A stretch of DNA of 64,000 nucleotides, taken from assembly GCF_964188315.1 (NCBI RefSeq), contig NC_135667.1, positions 13,454,001 to 13,518,000 of the forward strand. Direction: 5' to 3'. The stretch is from Podarcis muralis (lineage: Eukaryota). Positions 34,012 through 48,661 of this stretch are shown in pieces (position 1 is the first letter of the stretch; the number at the start of each line of letters is the position of its first letter). Under the pieces are notes generated by a model. It saw only the letters and a program-made list of their open reading frames with translations. It was not told the origin of the DNA and ran no database searches. Made by a program: the position numbers and the translations under genes.

Positions 34012-37000
34012 TGAGATAGGCCTTTTGAACAGCTGATTTTGATAGACTTTATCTGAACAGGAGTATTACTGAGAATGCATTAAAAAAACTTGTTCTAAAT
34101 GCTCATATGGTTTCATTTCCTGATCTTAGGCTAAAATTTGTTTCACAATGATGGCATATAATATGAAGTATAGAATTCTGTGAATTACAACCACCATCTC
34201 TGCCTCATGAGTAAGGAAGGGGTCATTACAGGAGAGAGCTCAGAAACTTTTTAAATGTTAGGAAAAGACTTCAGATGTTTCAGGGAAAGACCCCAGGGGT
34301 TCCAATGTTCCTATGGGCACCACATTAGCAACCCCTGGTCTAGATACCATTGGCCTTAATAGAATGGAGAACTTGGACAAAAAAACAAATTGCATTTCTA
34401 TAGGAACAAATGTCAGGTTCTGCACTTAGGCAGGAAATACCAGCTGTACAAATATAAGATGGAGAACACCTGGATTGCCAGTGCTATGTTTGAAAAGGAT
34501 CAAGGAGTCAACAGAAGTATAGTGCCAGAATCAAAAGAAGTAATAGAACAGCTCTATTCTGCCATGCTCAAACCACACCTGGAGTACTGTGTTCAGTTAT
34601 GTTCAAGATATTGACAAGCTGCAACATATGCAGAGGAGGGTGACATGTATTATCAAGGGTCTGGAAGCCAAACCTTATGAGGGAACATTGAGGTTGTTGA
34701 GTATGTTTAGCTATGAAAATAGAAGACTGAAGTGATGTAGGATAGCCATTTTCAAATATATCAACGGCTGTCACCAGGAAATTGGAGCAAGCTTGTTTTC
34801 TCTTGCTCCAGAGGGTAGGACCAGAACCAATAGATTCAAGATAGGAGATTCTGTGTAAACATCAGGAAGAACTTGCTGATTATAAGAATTGTTCAGCAAT
34901 AGAATGGACTGGGAGTTAACTCCACTGAAGTCAATATGATTAACTACTGTGTTGATATGTAAAAGGATATATAGTTCCTTCTGATATTGTTTCCAACTCT
35001 TCTTCTAGGGTGGTACCTAAGGGTTACCAGCACATCTTGACCTTGGCATTTGCTGTAAAGGAGATCAATGAAGACCCTCACATCCTACCCAATATCACCT
35101 TGGGCTTTCACTTATATGACAGCTATAACAATGCAAGAAACACATATTTTGCGACACTGCTGCTTTTGTCCAGGGTGGAGAAATTTGTTCCTAACTATAT
35201 ATGTGATGTTGAAAATAATCTGGCTGGGGTCATAGGAGGACTTGATTCTGAAATCTCCTTTTATATGGCAACTGTTTTGGATATCTATAAGATTGCGCAG
35301 GTAGGGCACCCATGTACAATATCTCTCTTAGCTTGCATAGAGAAAGAGGCTGAATTCACAACACTAGTTCAGGGTGTATCACCAACTATGGGCAAGGGTG
35401 AAATTGTAAGCAGAACCATATGCACCACCTTCAGATCCTTGGGAAATAAAGGTGGTACAGAATTAATATAACATAAAATAACCTAAATGGGGGGAAAGAA
35501 ATTCCGCAATAGCAGAAAAAAATATGTCACCCCCTCAATCTCTTACACACATCTCAAGGAAATCCCAAAGGCCAATGATAGTAGACTGGGCTTCTTCATC
35601 ACCAGCCATGACATCATACCCAATATGTGAATGTTTAGGGGGAAAGACTTTCAAATTAAACACACTCTGAAGGTATGACAAATTGCAGATATAATCCACT
35701 TATGCAGGAGAACAGTAACAGTACTGAGAAACTGGTCCCAAAGTGAAATAATTGTTCATAAATAATGTCTGAGGAGTTTTGAAATAGAAGAGGCAGAAAT
35801 GGTAGTTCTGCTGTGTGTTGGGGTATGAGCATTGTGAAGATGAAAGAACCTAGAGAGAAGAAATGTGCATTCAACCCAAGTTGCGATTCTGACATGGCTA
35901 CAGTAAATAATGTCCAATGCAGGGGTAGGCAATCCTCTGTTTGGGGCATGGTGTGTCCCTCTAATCAGTTTTGTCCATCGTAGAAGACGCTGCCAAATTC
36001 TGCAGGGTATAAAAATAAAAATAAAATTGGAACATTGCCCCTCTCTGGTCAACAGAACAAATGCTTAACAAACTGGAATGGGAGATGACCCCAATTTTCA
36101 GGCCATCTGCATGTGTGTCTTTAGTATAAATGAGAAAGGAATGCAACACCTGGTGGGTGGCAAAGGGCATATCTGACTAGCAGGATTCATCACATAATGT
36201 ATATGAATAGTTTGAAAGAACTCTGCAAATATTACTTTGCCTCTTCTCTTCCTCCATTGCCTCTTTAGCTCGTTTATGGCTCTGCTCCAGTGATGAATGA
36301 TAAAAGCCCAGGGCTTCCCTTCTACCAGATGGCACCCTCGGAAGCCCTTCAGTATGAGGGAATTCTCTCTTTGCTTCTGCATTTCAGGTGGACATGGATT
36401 GGAGTCATCGCAACGGACAATGACAATGGAGAAAGATTTGTGCAAACCATTTCCCCAATGTTTACCAAGAGTGGTGTCTGCTTTGAATTCATAGAAAGAA
36501 TCCCCAATTTTAGTTTTATTTCTGAAATTCCAGGCATGCTAACACAGGGGGCAACAATAAACGAGAAAATATTTAGCAGCAAAGCTAACGTAGTGGTTGC
36601 CTCTGGAGAATCTTACTCCATGACAACTTTGAGATTGCTTTCATACTTTTCAGAACATGATGACAAGACAAAGAATTTGGAAAGTAAAGTATGGATAATA
36701 TCAGCCCAGGTTGAGTTTGCTTCATTTGTCTTTCAAAGGTACTGGGATGCAGGAATATTCAATGGCGCTATAGCCTTTGAAATTCACATTAGAAACCCAC
36801 AAGGATTTCATCAGTATGTTCTGCACAGAAACCCTTCCAGCACAGATGGGGACGGATTTATCAGGGACTTCTGGCAACAGGCCTTTGAATGTGTATTCCC
36901 AGATAACACTGCAGACAAGGTGGAGGGGAATATTTGCACCGGAGAAGAGAAGCTGGAGAACCTTCCTGGATCACTTTTTGAAATGAGCACGACAGGCCAC

Positions 37001-40000
37001 AGTTTCAGCATCCACAGTGCTGTCTACGCCATGGCCCATGCTTTACATGCCATGTCCACATCCAGACTCAGACATAGAAGAATGGCATACAAAAAGAAAG
37101 GGAAGAATCTGAATCAACAGTTTTGGCAGGTAAAGGCTGAACATCCTCAACTGCGAAAGCCCTGTTACTTCCTGACACTCTATGGGTTCCCAAAATCCTA
37201 TCAGCTTGCTCTTGCCTCTCAGAGTTCAAACATTTGCGCAAGTGTATTAGGAAGAAAACCCAGAACTGAATTTAGAATTCTGCTGACAGAGTAGGAGGTG
37301 GCACGGATATGGTGGTATCCTAGATAATTCCCCACATATTGTGCTGCTGGCAAATAGCAGCAGACCCTATACAAAAGGGACATGGTGGTTGTGTCTTTCT
37401 GTGAGTAGGTACCGCCCTGTGTTTCAGGATAAAGTATTTGTATGATGGAAGCTTTGCAGCCAAATGAGATTCATATATAGCAGGCATGTCCAACAGGTAG
37501 ATCATGACCTACCAGTAGCTCACTGGCCGTCTGTTGAAGATCACAGGTAGATCAGTGGCTCCCCTCCAATGAAGCTCAACAACTTTGGCTTCCCTAACAA
37601 AAGCTCAACATTTTTGGCCTGATCTGCCAAAAATGGTCCTTCGTCCCCCTCTAAAAATGCTCAACAACTTTGACCTGAACCCCCCAAAAGGGGGTAGATC
37701 ACTGCCAGTTTTTAATTCTGTGAGTAGATTGCAGTCTCATGGGAGTTGGCCACCCCTGATATATAGGAAGCAGTGGTAATGGTTGGGAGAGATGTTCAGC
37801 ATTCCCTCTATCCCGTATCAACCAAATCCTCACTTAGAACAGGTGGTTGCGCACCACTGCCATGTCTTCTGAGATTTTTCTGGGAGACCAGGGAGGGGGA
37901 CAAACTTCTCTACTCATACATATTTAACTTGTGGGCATTCAGAGGGAGAAGGGTTGTAAGAAAGATTGAGAGAGATACATGTGTATGAAAGAAAATGGGT
38001 TGGCTCTTTCCATGCTTGGGCCTGAATCGACTGACAGTTAACTAAATCACCCTCACCATTTGCTGTAGGTTCTTTCCAGAGGGGAAAAATGATCGTCCCT
38101 GCATTAGACTGCAGTCTTTTCTATACCCCTTTCTTTTCTGCTTTCTTTCTCTGTTTTCAATCTAGCTCCATCACTTTCTGAGAAGCATCTCATTTAACAA
38201 TACGGCTGGAGATGTGGTCTTCATCAACCAGAATGGGGAGGCAGCATCTAGCTTGGATATTAACAATTGGATCATATTTGCCAACCAAAGTTTTCACAGA
38301 GTGAGAGTTGGGAGGATAGATCCTCACGCTCCACCAGACCAATCATTCATCCTTGATGCAGATGCTATAACATGGCACAGTTGGTTTAACCAGGTAGGCT
38401 TGCATTTTTTGCTAATTCAAAAGAGATTCAGTATTGAATAAGCAATCATTATCTACCTGCAGGTCTACTCACTGTATTTAGAGCTGCAAGTTACTGAGTT
38501 GTGTATGACCAAAGCATCCAGGTACCAGATTAAAAGCCAAAAGATTACTGCTAGAAGCCACACAAGGAATGAAGGCAAATACTTTATTAAGGCGGTTACA
38601 AAACTATATATTTTAACTATAAAATGAAGTTAAGCAAGGCTAAGAGTGTAAATATGGTTTCGGGGAATCCTACTTCAGACGAAAATAACAAAAGTTCAGT
38701 TGTCTCAGCCTAATTCCAACCATTAACAGTCCCCACTGCAAGCTGCATCCATGCAAATGTGATTTTGCATCACACAATCCTTCATCTGAATGTCGGTCAT
38801 TCAGTCAAATGGAGCCTCTGGGTACATTTCTCCAGCACAAGAGGGTATGCATGCTCACAGAGATGAGAGTAAATGTGTGAAGAGTAAGAGACAGAGCATT
38901 AGGAATAGATGCATCAATTTTTAAAAATACGTTTTCAAAGGTATATCTTTTTCTTAACATGCTGAGAATTGTATTACAGCATTCCAAGAATTCTCATAGG
39001 CATTGCATAGCTTCAATCCGGTTCATGTATTTGTCCTGAATATTTTTAATGGAATTCAAAAAGAATATTTTTAATGGAATTTAACAACAACAACAACAAC
39101 AACAACAAACAATACCCCCACCTGGGTGGGTTTTCCTAGCCACTCTGGGTGGCACATTCAGAACTTTTCCTTAGGCAGCATCTGATGGCACCAAAATCGG
39201 TTCTAGAGCTGTCTACCTAGTGGACAAAATACTCAAAAGTAACAATAATAACAAAATTAACAAGGAAACTAGAGTAACTTTAAAGTGTACCTTAATGGAC
39301 AGAGCAATCTTTGCAGAACAGATGGGATACTGCACATACCAGAGGAATGTCAAGGGAATATCACATAACTTCAAAAATTACTATTACTAATACCAGAAGA
39401 AGCAATTGCTCTCTGTATAGCCATTACATGTTACAGTGGTACCTCGGGTTACAAACGCTTCAGGTTACAGATTCCGCTAACCTGGAACTAGTACCTTTAA
39501 GGGTACTACTTTACTTTACTTCAGGATGAGAACAGAAATCTAGTGGCAGCAGTGAGAGGCCCCATTAGCTAAAGTGGTCCTCAAGTTAAGAACGGTTTCT
39601 GGTTAAGAGCGGACCTCCGGAATGAATGACATTCTTAACCAGAGGTACCACTGTACTGAAATGCTGTGTCAGTTTAGTAAAGTAGAGAAAGGCCCGAGTA
39701 CTTAAAGGATTCCAAACTCATTATTCTCTTGCTGATCCTTCTGTTCTTTCATTTACGGAATAGACTCAGCCTCTTTCTGTCTGTACTGAGAGATGTCTTC
39801 CAGGATCCAGCAAGAAAGTGAAGGAGGGACAGCCCCCTTGCTGCTACGATTGCATCCCATGTCCAGAGGGGAAGATTGCAAACCAGTATGGTAGGAAAAA
39901 TAAATAGATTAAATAGATCCAGACGCAGTACTTAGGATTGACAGGTGTTGTAAGGATGGCTGAGTTAAATGTTCAAAGGAAAAGATGATCTACTGTGTGC

Positions 40001-41274
40001 GTGATCCTGCCTCTTTGCGATTATTGCTCTTCAGATAGTCTAAATATGTTGATCAAATGAGAATGACAATGATTTGACAGGAGCCGGGTAGTATGTGGTT
40101 CAACTTAAATCTACAAGGGGCCTTGTCACTCCTTCTGACTTACACAGACTACACCTAAGCTAGTGTAATGATACGTTCCAATATCATGAGGAGCCATTTA
40201 CAGACCAATAGCTCTGAACCAATTAAATTCAACAATACCACACTACAGAGCATCAGACAGTATTAAACATGTGTTTTCATTTGAGCAGAGCTCTTTTCTT
40301 CTCAGACAGATAGTCAACATTTCAGGAAGCTGATGTGATATGAGCTAAAGGTCATTTCCTTATTTTTTCCAGATATGAATGACTGTTATAAATGCCCAGA
40401 CAAAGAATATCCAAGCAAGAACCGGGATGCATGTCTACCCAAGGATATCAGCTTCTTGTCTTATGAAGAACCTTTGGGCATCTGTTTAGCCTGCTGCTCT
40501 CTTTCTCTTTCCTTGATCACAGCTCTGGTACTAGGTACATTTATAAAACACCATGACACACCCATTGTCATTGCAAACAACCGAAACCTCACCTACACTC
40601 TCCTCATCTCTCTCCTGCTCTGCTTCCTGTGTGCATTGCTCTTCATTGGCCGACCTGAGAAGGTGACGTGCATCCTCCGACAAACAGCTTTTGGCATCAT
40701 CTTCTCAACTGCTGTTTCTTGTGTCCTGGCAAAAACCTTCACGGTGGTTTTGGCCTTCATGGCTACAAAACCAGAATCCAGGATGAGGAAATGGGTGGGG
40801 AAAGGACTAGGCCACTCCATTCTCCTTTCCTGCTCCATAGTCCAAGCAGGGATATGTACTGTGTGGCTGGCAACCTCTCCCCCATACCCAGATGTGGATA
40901 TGCACTCTGTGATGGAAGAAATCATACTAGAATGCAATGAAGGATCTGTGACAATGTTTTACTGTGTCCTCATCTACATGAGTTGTCTGGCAACTATCAG
41001 TTTTGCTGTGGCTTTCCTTGCCAGGAAGTTACCAGACAGTTTCAACGAAGCCAAGTTTATCACTTTCAGCATGTTGGTCTTCTGCAGTGTTTGGCTGTCC
41101 TTTATTCCTTCCTACCTGAGCACCAAGGGAAAATATATGGTAGCTGTGGAGATCTTCTCCATCTTAGCCTCCGGTGTTGGGTTGCTGGGCTGCATCTTTT
41201 CCCCCAAATGTTATATAATCATTCTGAGGCCTGAGCTGAACAATAGGGAACAGCTAATAAGGAAGAAAAATTAA
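33519..41274 (+). CDS. V2R gene E (type-2), intact, 875 aa: exons 33519-33736, 35009-35300, 36269-37129, 38166-38393, 39764-39890, 40373-41274
   Basis: Same exon lengths and phases as C, GT-AG junctions, no stop codons found. Confidence 0.93.
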
Positions 41275-41489
41275 AGAAATAATAACCTGTCCTTTGTTGT
41301 ATCTTGTGCTTTTTTCTTTGTGTACACTAGAATATTTGCAAATACATGTTCAGCAGCTGCCTTATATGGTTTTTTCTAGACATGGTAATTAATGATTGCC
41401 CATCATAAATATTGACTATTGAATTCACCCCAGAGAAAAGTGTGAGCAGGGGATTAACCTCTGATGCTCTGAAAAATCTGCTTTAATGC

Positions 41490-41570
41490 TGTATTGATTT
41501 TAACACTTGATTGGAAGCTGCCCAGAGTGGCTGGGGAAACTCAGCCAGATGGGCGGGGTATAAATAATAA

Positions 41571-41620
<50 letters not shown>
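41490..41620 (+). mobile_element. Short L2-type 3' end with (TTA)n tail (copies about 26255-26330 and 57345-57487; degraded minus-strand copies near 23837-23902, 39081-39153, 54920-55011)
   Basis: Ends GGGCGGGGTATAAATAATAAATTATTATT, matching the 3' end of the L2 at 10451 (GGGCGGGATATAAATAAAATTTATTATT). Confidence 0.7.
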
Positions 41621-41621
<1 letters not shown>

Positions 41622-42498
41622 CCAAGAAGCTGTCTGCTCCCAGGAATCCAGACAAAGTTAAGTGACATGATTGGTTTGCAAAAGCCTCCCTCATTATCTC
41701 TGAGGTGGCTATAATTTATGACTGAGAGTAATTTTTCTCTTTGCTGGTGGAAATTTACATTCTGGATTGAGCTGCTTTCTGGCTATTAATAGAAGGGAAA
41801 GGAAGTTGATCATTAATGGGCTGAAGGCAGAATAAAATGTATGCTCTAATCAAAAATGTTTTAAACAGGCTCCCAGTTCCGGCTGCCTTGATGGAGACAG
41901 CTCCCACGACAATGGGAGATCGTTGGCAAAGATGAAACAAGGATGATTGAGCGTAATTATCCTTTCAAACTCCCCCGTGAAACGGGGGAAGCAGGCTGCA
42001 CTCACAGATCATCTGGGTACCTGGCTCATGCTCCAGCATGGAATGCGAGAGGCAGGGAGGCACTGAGTGCAAAAGCACTTTGCCTGTCAGTCTCCCTCCT
42101 ATGATGCCATTGGCTGCTATGAAACTAGGTATTTTTTATCCATTGGAAGAAAAACTCAAAGAAAAATGCTACATTGGTATTTCCTTATTAGGGTGTGTAT
42201 TCTGTGTGAATGAAGAACATGCAGACTACAAATAACTTTTGACCAGCAAATATTAAACATACAAAACACCTCATCCAGATTTCCTAGAGGTCAGAATAAA
42301 TGAAAACCCCTTATTGAATTATGTCTTTTCTACATGTATTAAAACTACTGATTCACATACTGTTTCATGATCTAGTCTTTTACACCTGGGAAATGTGAGA
42401 TTACAAACTATTTTTGAATTGGATACTGAACTGAAAAGAAGTCAATGTTATGATCTGAAGCAGATGAACTGTAATGTGGCATGTAATTCTCAATACCG

Positions 42499-45400
42499 GC
42501 TGCTGACTCACCTCTACCAGCACATCCTGGCCTTGGCATTTGCTGTAAAGGAGATCAATGAAACTCCCCAGATCTTGCCCAACATCACCCTGGGCTTCCA
42601 AATTTATAACAGTCATTTCAGTGCAAGCTGGACCTATGAAGCCTCAATGGAGCTTCTCTCAAGAAGGGCCAAGGCCATCCCTAACTATAAATGTGATGCT
42701 GAGAGCACTCCAATAGCAGTCATAGGGGGACCAAATTCTAATGTCTGACTTCATATGACAATCATCCTGTGTACCTACAAGATACCACAAGTAAGATGCA
42801 AATTCATTCACATCTGAATTTCACCTAATTCACACAATACATGAAATGCAGCCATTCTTTGAAATTCCCCCTTCTCCAGATTTGGCAAAGCAGTTCTCCA
42901 ATCAAAAAATGTGTCCATAAATGCACAGATTAAGGTAAAGTGTGCATAAAAAATGCACATTAGTAAAACTATCCTTCAAATGCATTGTATTAGTGAATAT
43001 TGCTTTGCAAAGATGTGCATATTAGGCAAAATTTGCATACAACAAGTTTTGTGTTTTAGGAGAAATTTTCATGAGGCTTAAAAAGAAATCTAATTGATGT
43101 GGTTAAATAAGAAACTTAAGAGAAATATTGACAGATCCTCCCTTTCCTAACACACTGATGGGTCAGATTTAGCCAAAGCCCAAATCCTGAATTGGACAAA
43201 TTTGGGTGGAACTAGATGAGTTAGGTCTAAACAGTCCCAGATTGGGTCTGGCCTGCTGGAGTGATCTGGGGATGTTGGGGCATGGTCTTGGTAGGAAGAA
43301 TGAGATTTGTCTTCACATGGCTGTAGCAAGCAGTGCATTGAAGCACACAGTAAAACTGAGCAATTATATACCCTAGGCTGAGCATCTGGTGAGTTGAGGT
43401 TTCAATCCTGCTAGTTGGAGGGGCCTACTTCCTCAGCGTGTTCTTTGCATGAAATGCACAGGGAAAGTAGACTCTAGTAGTTGAACACATAATTCAATCC
43501 TGCAATCTGCAGGAGCTACTTAACCGTTATGGTCCCGGCCAGAAATGAACAGAAGAAAGAAAACAAAACTACACACAAGTAATTGTTTTATATTGAAAAC
43601 CATTCTTCTCTTCTCATCTTTTTTTATATATATAAAAAAACCTTAGCTCATATATGGCTCTTCCCCAGTCATGAATAAAGAGTCTCAAGGAGTCTTCTTC
43701 TACCAAATGTTCCCAAATGGGTACCATCAATATAGAGGAATCATCAAGTTACTGCTGCATTTCCAGTGGACGTGGATTGGAGTGGTTTCTCAAGTTAGGG
43801 AAAATACAGAAGGTTTTATAGACAATGTACTTCCAATGTTTTCCCAGAGTGGCATCTGCTTTGACTTCATAGAAACATTCCCAAAGCTAACATCTTCCAG
43901 TGGTACCACTGACATGGTGGGGGAGGGCTTTCACTGTGTCAGTGTTATTATGGGAAGCACTACGAATGTTGTGGTTGTACATGGAGAAATTCAGACAATG
44001 ATAGTATTGAAAATGGTACCCCAGATTGTAAAATTTGAGCATATACCAATGAGGACCAAGGGTAAAGTCTGGTTCATGACAGCCCAGATGGATATCACAT
44101 CATTTCCATTTCAAAGATATTGGGACATAAGTTTCCTTCATGGTTCTCTTTCCCTTGCCATTCACTCAGTGGATCTGTTAGCTTTCCAGAAGTTTCTTCA
44201 GAACAAGAACCCAAGCACAGAAGAAAAAGATGGTTTTATCAAGGACTTCTGGGAAGAGTCATTTAACTGTTCACTCCCCAGTTCAGTGGAAGATAATATA
44301 GGTGGGCAAACTTGCACTGGGGAGGAGAAGATGGAGGCACTTCCCAGGTCTGTTTTTGAAATGAGAATGACTGCCCATAGCTACACCATCTACAATGCAG
44401 TCTATGCGGTGGCACATGCTTTGCACATCAGACAGTCATCCCAATTCAAGCTCAGGGGAATGACAAAGGAAGTAAGATGGGAGCTTCCAAATCCACAACC
44501 GTGGCAGGTAATGTCCTGAAGATACTTCCATATATTTTGGTGGGGAAATATGGGCGAGCTTTCTCAACCTTCCATGAGATTAACAAGAAATTTCTTTTTG
44601 GAGAAAAGCTTTACAATACATCTAGTATTTGTCCCGTCCCCCCTCTGCAGTACCCCATCCCAGAGATTGACAAATCTCCCCATAGTTTATTAAAGAACTT
44701 CTTACCATCCCTTCACCTGTGGACCTGTGCACTTTTGGGGGGATGGAGTTTCATAACTTGGTGCTGCTCTGATATTTTGTCCAGTATTTAATTCAACCAT
44801 TCGTTGAGGGGAAGAGGAGAGGTGAATGGCACCATTTATTTCATCAAGACTTTGATTTGTTTTAAATTAATCTGTTCTTTATTTGAGAAGGGCATGCCTG
44901 ACACATTAGCTCGCCCAAAGCTTTCAAGATGTCATAATCCCGTCCCTTGAATGTATTTTCACTATGTTGTATGATAACATAGTTTGAGCATTTATATGTA
45001 TCTTCCATCTTATTTTCATTATTTAGCTCCATCACATCCTCAGAAGTATTTCATTTAACAACAGTGCAGGAGAAAATGTGTGTTTTGACACAAATGGTGA
45101 ATTAATTGCTGGTTTTGACATTATAAACTGGCTCATGTTTCCAAATCAGTCCTTTCGTAGAGTCAAAATTGGGAAGATAGACTCCCTGGGTATCCAGGAA
45201 AAATCATTCACCATTCATGAGGATGCCATTGTATGGCCCAACCCATTTAACCAGGTGGGTTCTCTGAATCTTTCAGGGTTCATTCCATCACTTGTCCCAT
45301 GGTTGTTTCTCAGTATTCTGTAAATTTATTTAGCCCAATTCAAACTATGGCTTTCAATCTGAACATTCATGTTGTAGTTCCATAATAATGCGCCACTTAA

Positions 45401-47683
45401 TGTTCATTCTTGGGGTGGCAGGGAAGACTTTGGCAATTCCACCCTCCATTCAATTACATGCATTCTAACTATAGGCAATTTTGGCTTCACACACTAATCC
45501 CAAAATGTAACCCTCTCATAATTTGAGTGTGGACTTCATACCTATCAATGAAACAGGTGAAGACACATTTCTTCCAGGACGCTTTGACTTTTGTAATGAA
45601 TTTGAGTCGCACAGTTTTGTGTTATTTGTAAGATTATTTAGGTTCAACATATCTTGCCTCTTTCCATACATAACCTTTTGAGTATTAAGATTCCCTCTTG
45701 GTACTTCTGCCACAATCAGAAACCTGGGGGATGGCAATCTAGGAAAGGGAATTATCTGTGGCAGTTCCCAAAACATGTCCCTTTCCCCAAAGTGTCACGT
45801 CAAACATCCTCATTTATAGTTACTATGGATTGGTGAAGATGCACCTCTTTACCCTCTCCACAGTTAACAATTTTGGGGTCAGACCACCTCTATTGTTTGA
45901 TGCACATTCCTTTGGTTTGTTTTAAAATATGTCATTGATTTTAATGCTCACTGTTTTGGTGGCATTGGCTCTAAAAAGTGTTATATAAATAAATAATAGC
46001 GTACCATAATATGAGCCAAGGACTCAAGTTCTAAAAGCCCACTGCATTTGCAATACTTTCTAGTGTTCGTGATATTACCTAAAACATTATATTTTAATAT
46101 TTATGGACAGACTCGGCCCATTTCTATATGTAATGATCATTGCGGTTCAGGTTATAGTCAGACCAAGAAGAAAGGGAACCCATTTTGTTGCTATGACTGC
46201 GTTCCATGTCCAGAAGGAAAGATTTCCAACCAGGAAGGTAAGAAAGGTTAAAAAATGTTTTCTATAGATGTATGTATACCACCTATTTCATAGATTATTT
46301 TGATCTGGTTATGTATATCAATAGGTTTCTTTTTTAACAGTGATTTCCTTGATGTTTAAAATATTGCCCCAATTCATGGGCAATTGATTTGAAATCCATT
46401 ATAAGTGAACTACAAGCCTATTTTTAATACAGTGTTGTATCACTATTTAGTTATGTTTAGAGAGAACCATTTGAATAAATGGGAAATCACATAAACAAGT
46501 ACCACTGATTTCACTGGATCTTCAGTAAGCATTTCTGAATCTGAATCAGATCCATTGGCACTTGAAGCTGATCAGCTTCACCATGCACACAGATTCACCT
46601 TTAAAATGAGCTGAGTAACAGCTGCAGAATCAGAAAGTGTGGAACCACCCGTTCTGGTCAGCTGATATTCTATTGAATTAGATCAAAATACTGAAGTAGT
46701 TTACAAAGTGCACAACTGTCAGGGGCTCAGGAGCAGAGGCACAGGGGAGAGAGGAAATGGAGAGCGAAGGGGAAGAATCTGAGGGCAGTGGAGGGGAGAA
46801 TGACAGTGACCCGAGAGATTCCGTGAGCCTCTCCAGTGAATCAGAAGATTCCCAGAAGGGGGCGCCGATGGTCAGGGCAAGGGGGGTCCCAGGGGGGACG
46901 CACCAGAAGCAAGGGGCCAGCGGAGACTCCCAAAGCAGTAGCTGGAGATCAGGACCAGCTTCCCCACCAGAGCGTAGTGGGGGGGAAGAGTCCCATGGGT
47001 CAGAGCCAGCGTCTCCTCCAGCAGGGAGGGAAGAGGAGTCAGGGCTGACCACGCCCCTGTCGCAGAGTGGGCGAACGGAGGGAAGGTCAGACCCAGATAG
47101 CATCCCCAAAGGGGAAAGCAGCAACAGAAGCAGTGTAACGGTCAGGAGGAAGGTGACCGGGTGGGCGTGTGCGCCAAGTTCAAATGTGCAGGCGCACGGG
47201 GCAGCAGAAAGCCCGGAAGGGGAACCAGGTCTTAAAGCCCGCCGTAGGCAGGGGGAAGACTCAGGGGACTCAGCGTCAGAAGAGTCTAGGAAGGGCGAGA
47301 CCCCAGGGGACAGGCGGACCCAGAGGAGGAAAGAGCAAAGGAAGAGGTGGAGCAAGGCTAGAGTCTTAAACTGGTGTCTGGGGGGAGGAGACTCAGACGG
47401 AGCTTCGGCGGTCTAGAGTTTAAGACGTAGAGCTGCGCGCCGCGGCTGTGAAAGAGAAACTGAACTTCAATAAAGACTGTTTTATATAACAACTAACTGG
47501 CGTTGGTCCTCTGTGAGCTGGGACCTGAGGCAGCTCTGACAACAAATATTTGCATTATTCCAAAGAAATGACATTGAGTCAGAAATGATCAAATGTGGGT
47601 GGGGGGAGAGAGGTGTGGCCTTGTCTTTGTGAGCCAACAGAGCCCACCACCTCTGACTCTCTTAAGAGTGTGTAATTAATATC

Positions 47684-47751
<68 letters not shown>

Positions 47752-48661
47752 TCTTCAGACATGGATGACTGTTTTCAATGCGCAGAAGATCAGTACCCAA
47801 ACATTGGCCAGGATATATGTCTTCCAAAAGATATAAGCTTCCTGTCTTATGATGAACCTCTGGGGATCAGTTTGGTCACGTTAGCTCTTTTATTGACTTT
47901 CACTACAGCTTTGGTGCTTAGGATCTTCATCAAGCACAAAGAGACTCCCATAGTCAAAGCCAACAATCAGACCCTCACCTATGTTCTCCTCCTAGCCCTC
48001 CTTCTCTCCTTCCTCTGTCCTTTGCTATTCATTGGCCAGCCCACAAAAATAACCTGTCTCCTTCAACAAACTGCTTTTGGAGTCATCTTCTCAGTAGCAG
48101 TGTCTTGCATATTAGCAAAAACAACTATCGTGGTTCTAGCTTTCATGGCTACCAAGCCAGGCTCCAGAATGAGGAGATGGGTGGGGAAACATCTGGCCAC
48201 CTCCATTGTTCTTTTCAGTTTCCTCATTCAAATGATGATGTGTAGTGCCTGGCTAATAGTTGCTCCCCCACTCCCTGATTTAGACAAGCACTCAATGACT
48301 AAAGAAATTGTACTGCAATGTAATGAAGGGTCAGTCACCATGTTCTACTGTGTCCTAGGCTTCATGGGAATGCTGGCCCTTGTCAGTTTCACTGTGACTT
48401 TCCTAGCTAGGAAGTTACCAGACAGTTTTAATGAAGCCAAGTTTATCACTTTCAGCATGTTGGTCTTTTGCAGTGTGTGGCTGTCCTTTGTTCCTACCTA
48501 CCTGAGTACCAAGGGAAAGTACATGGTGGCTGTGGAGATCTTTTCTATTTTGGCCTCTAGTTTTGGATTACTTGGCTGCATCTTTCCCCCCCAAATGTTA
48601 TATCATTTTGCTGAGGCCAGAGTTAAACAGCAGGGGACAGCTTATCATAAGAAAGAATTAA
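42499..48661 (+). pseudogene. V2R pseudogene F (type-1): no exon 1; exon 2 42499-42790, exon 3 43647-44507, exon 4 45027-45254, exon 5 46111-46237, exon 6 47759-48661
   Basis: Homology to B begins just after the exon-1 donor (42271 matches 5631). The exon-2 acceptor is CG instead of AG (42497-42498). TGA at 42746-42748. A +1 C in a C7 run (48586-48592) shifts the end of exon 6. Confidence 0.9.
46717..47541 (+). mobile_element. Solo LTR, 825 bp, in intron 5 of F
   Basis: TGTCAG...CTGACA termini, AATAAA at 47469-47474, imperfect ACAAC/ACAAA TSD (the empty site in B reads GCACAAGTATT). Confidence 0.8.

Noticed and set aside
41483-41668. Poly-Ile ORFs (also 57339) and the KEGR-repeat ORF at 14871
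   Set aside because: Translations of microsatellites.
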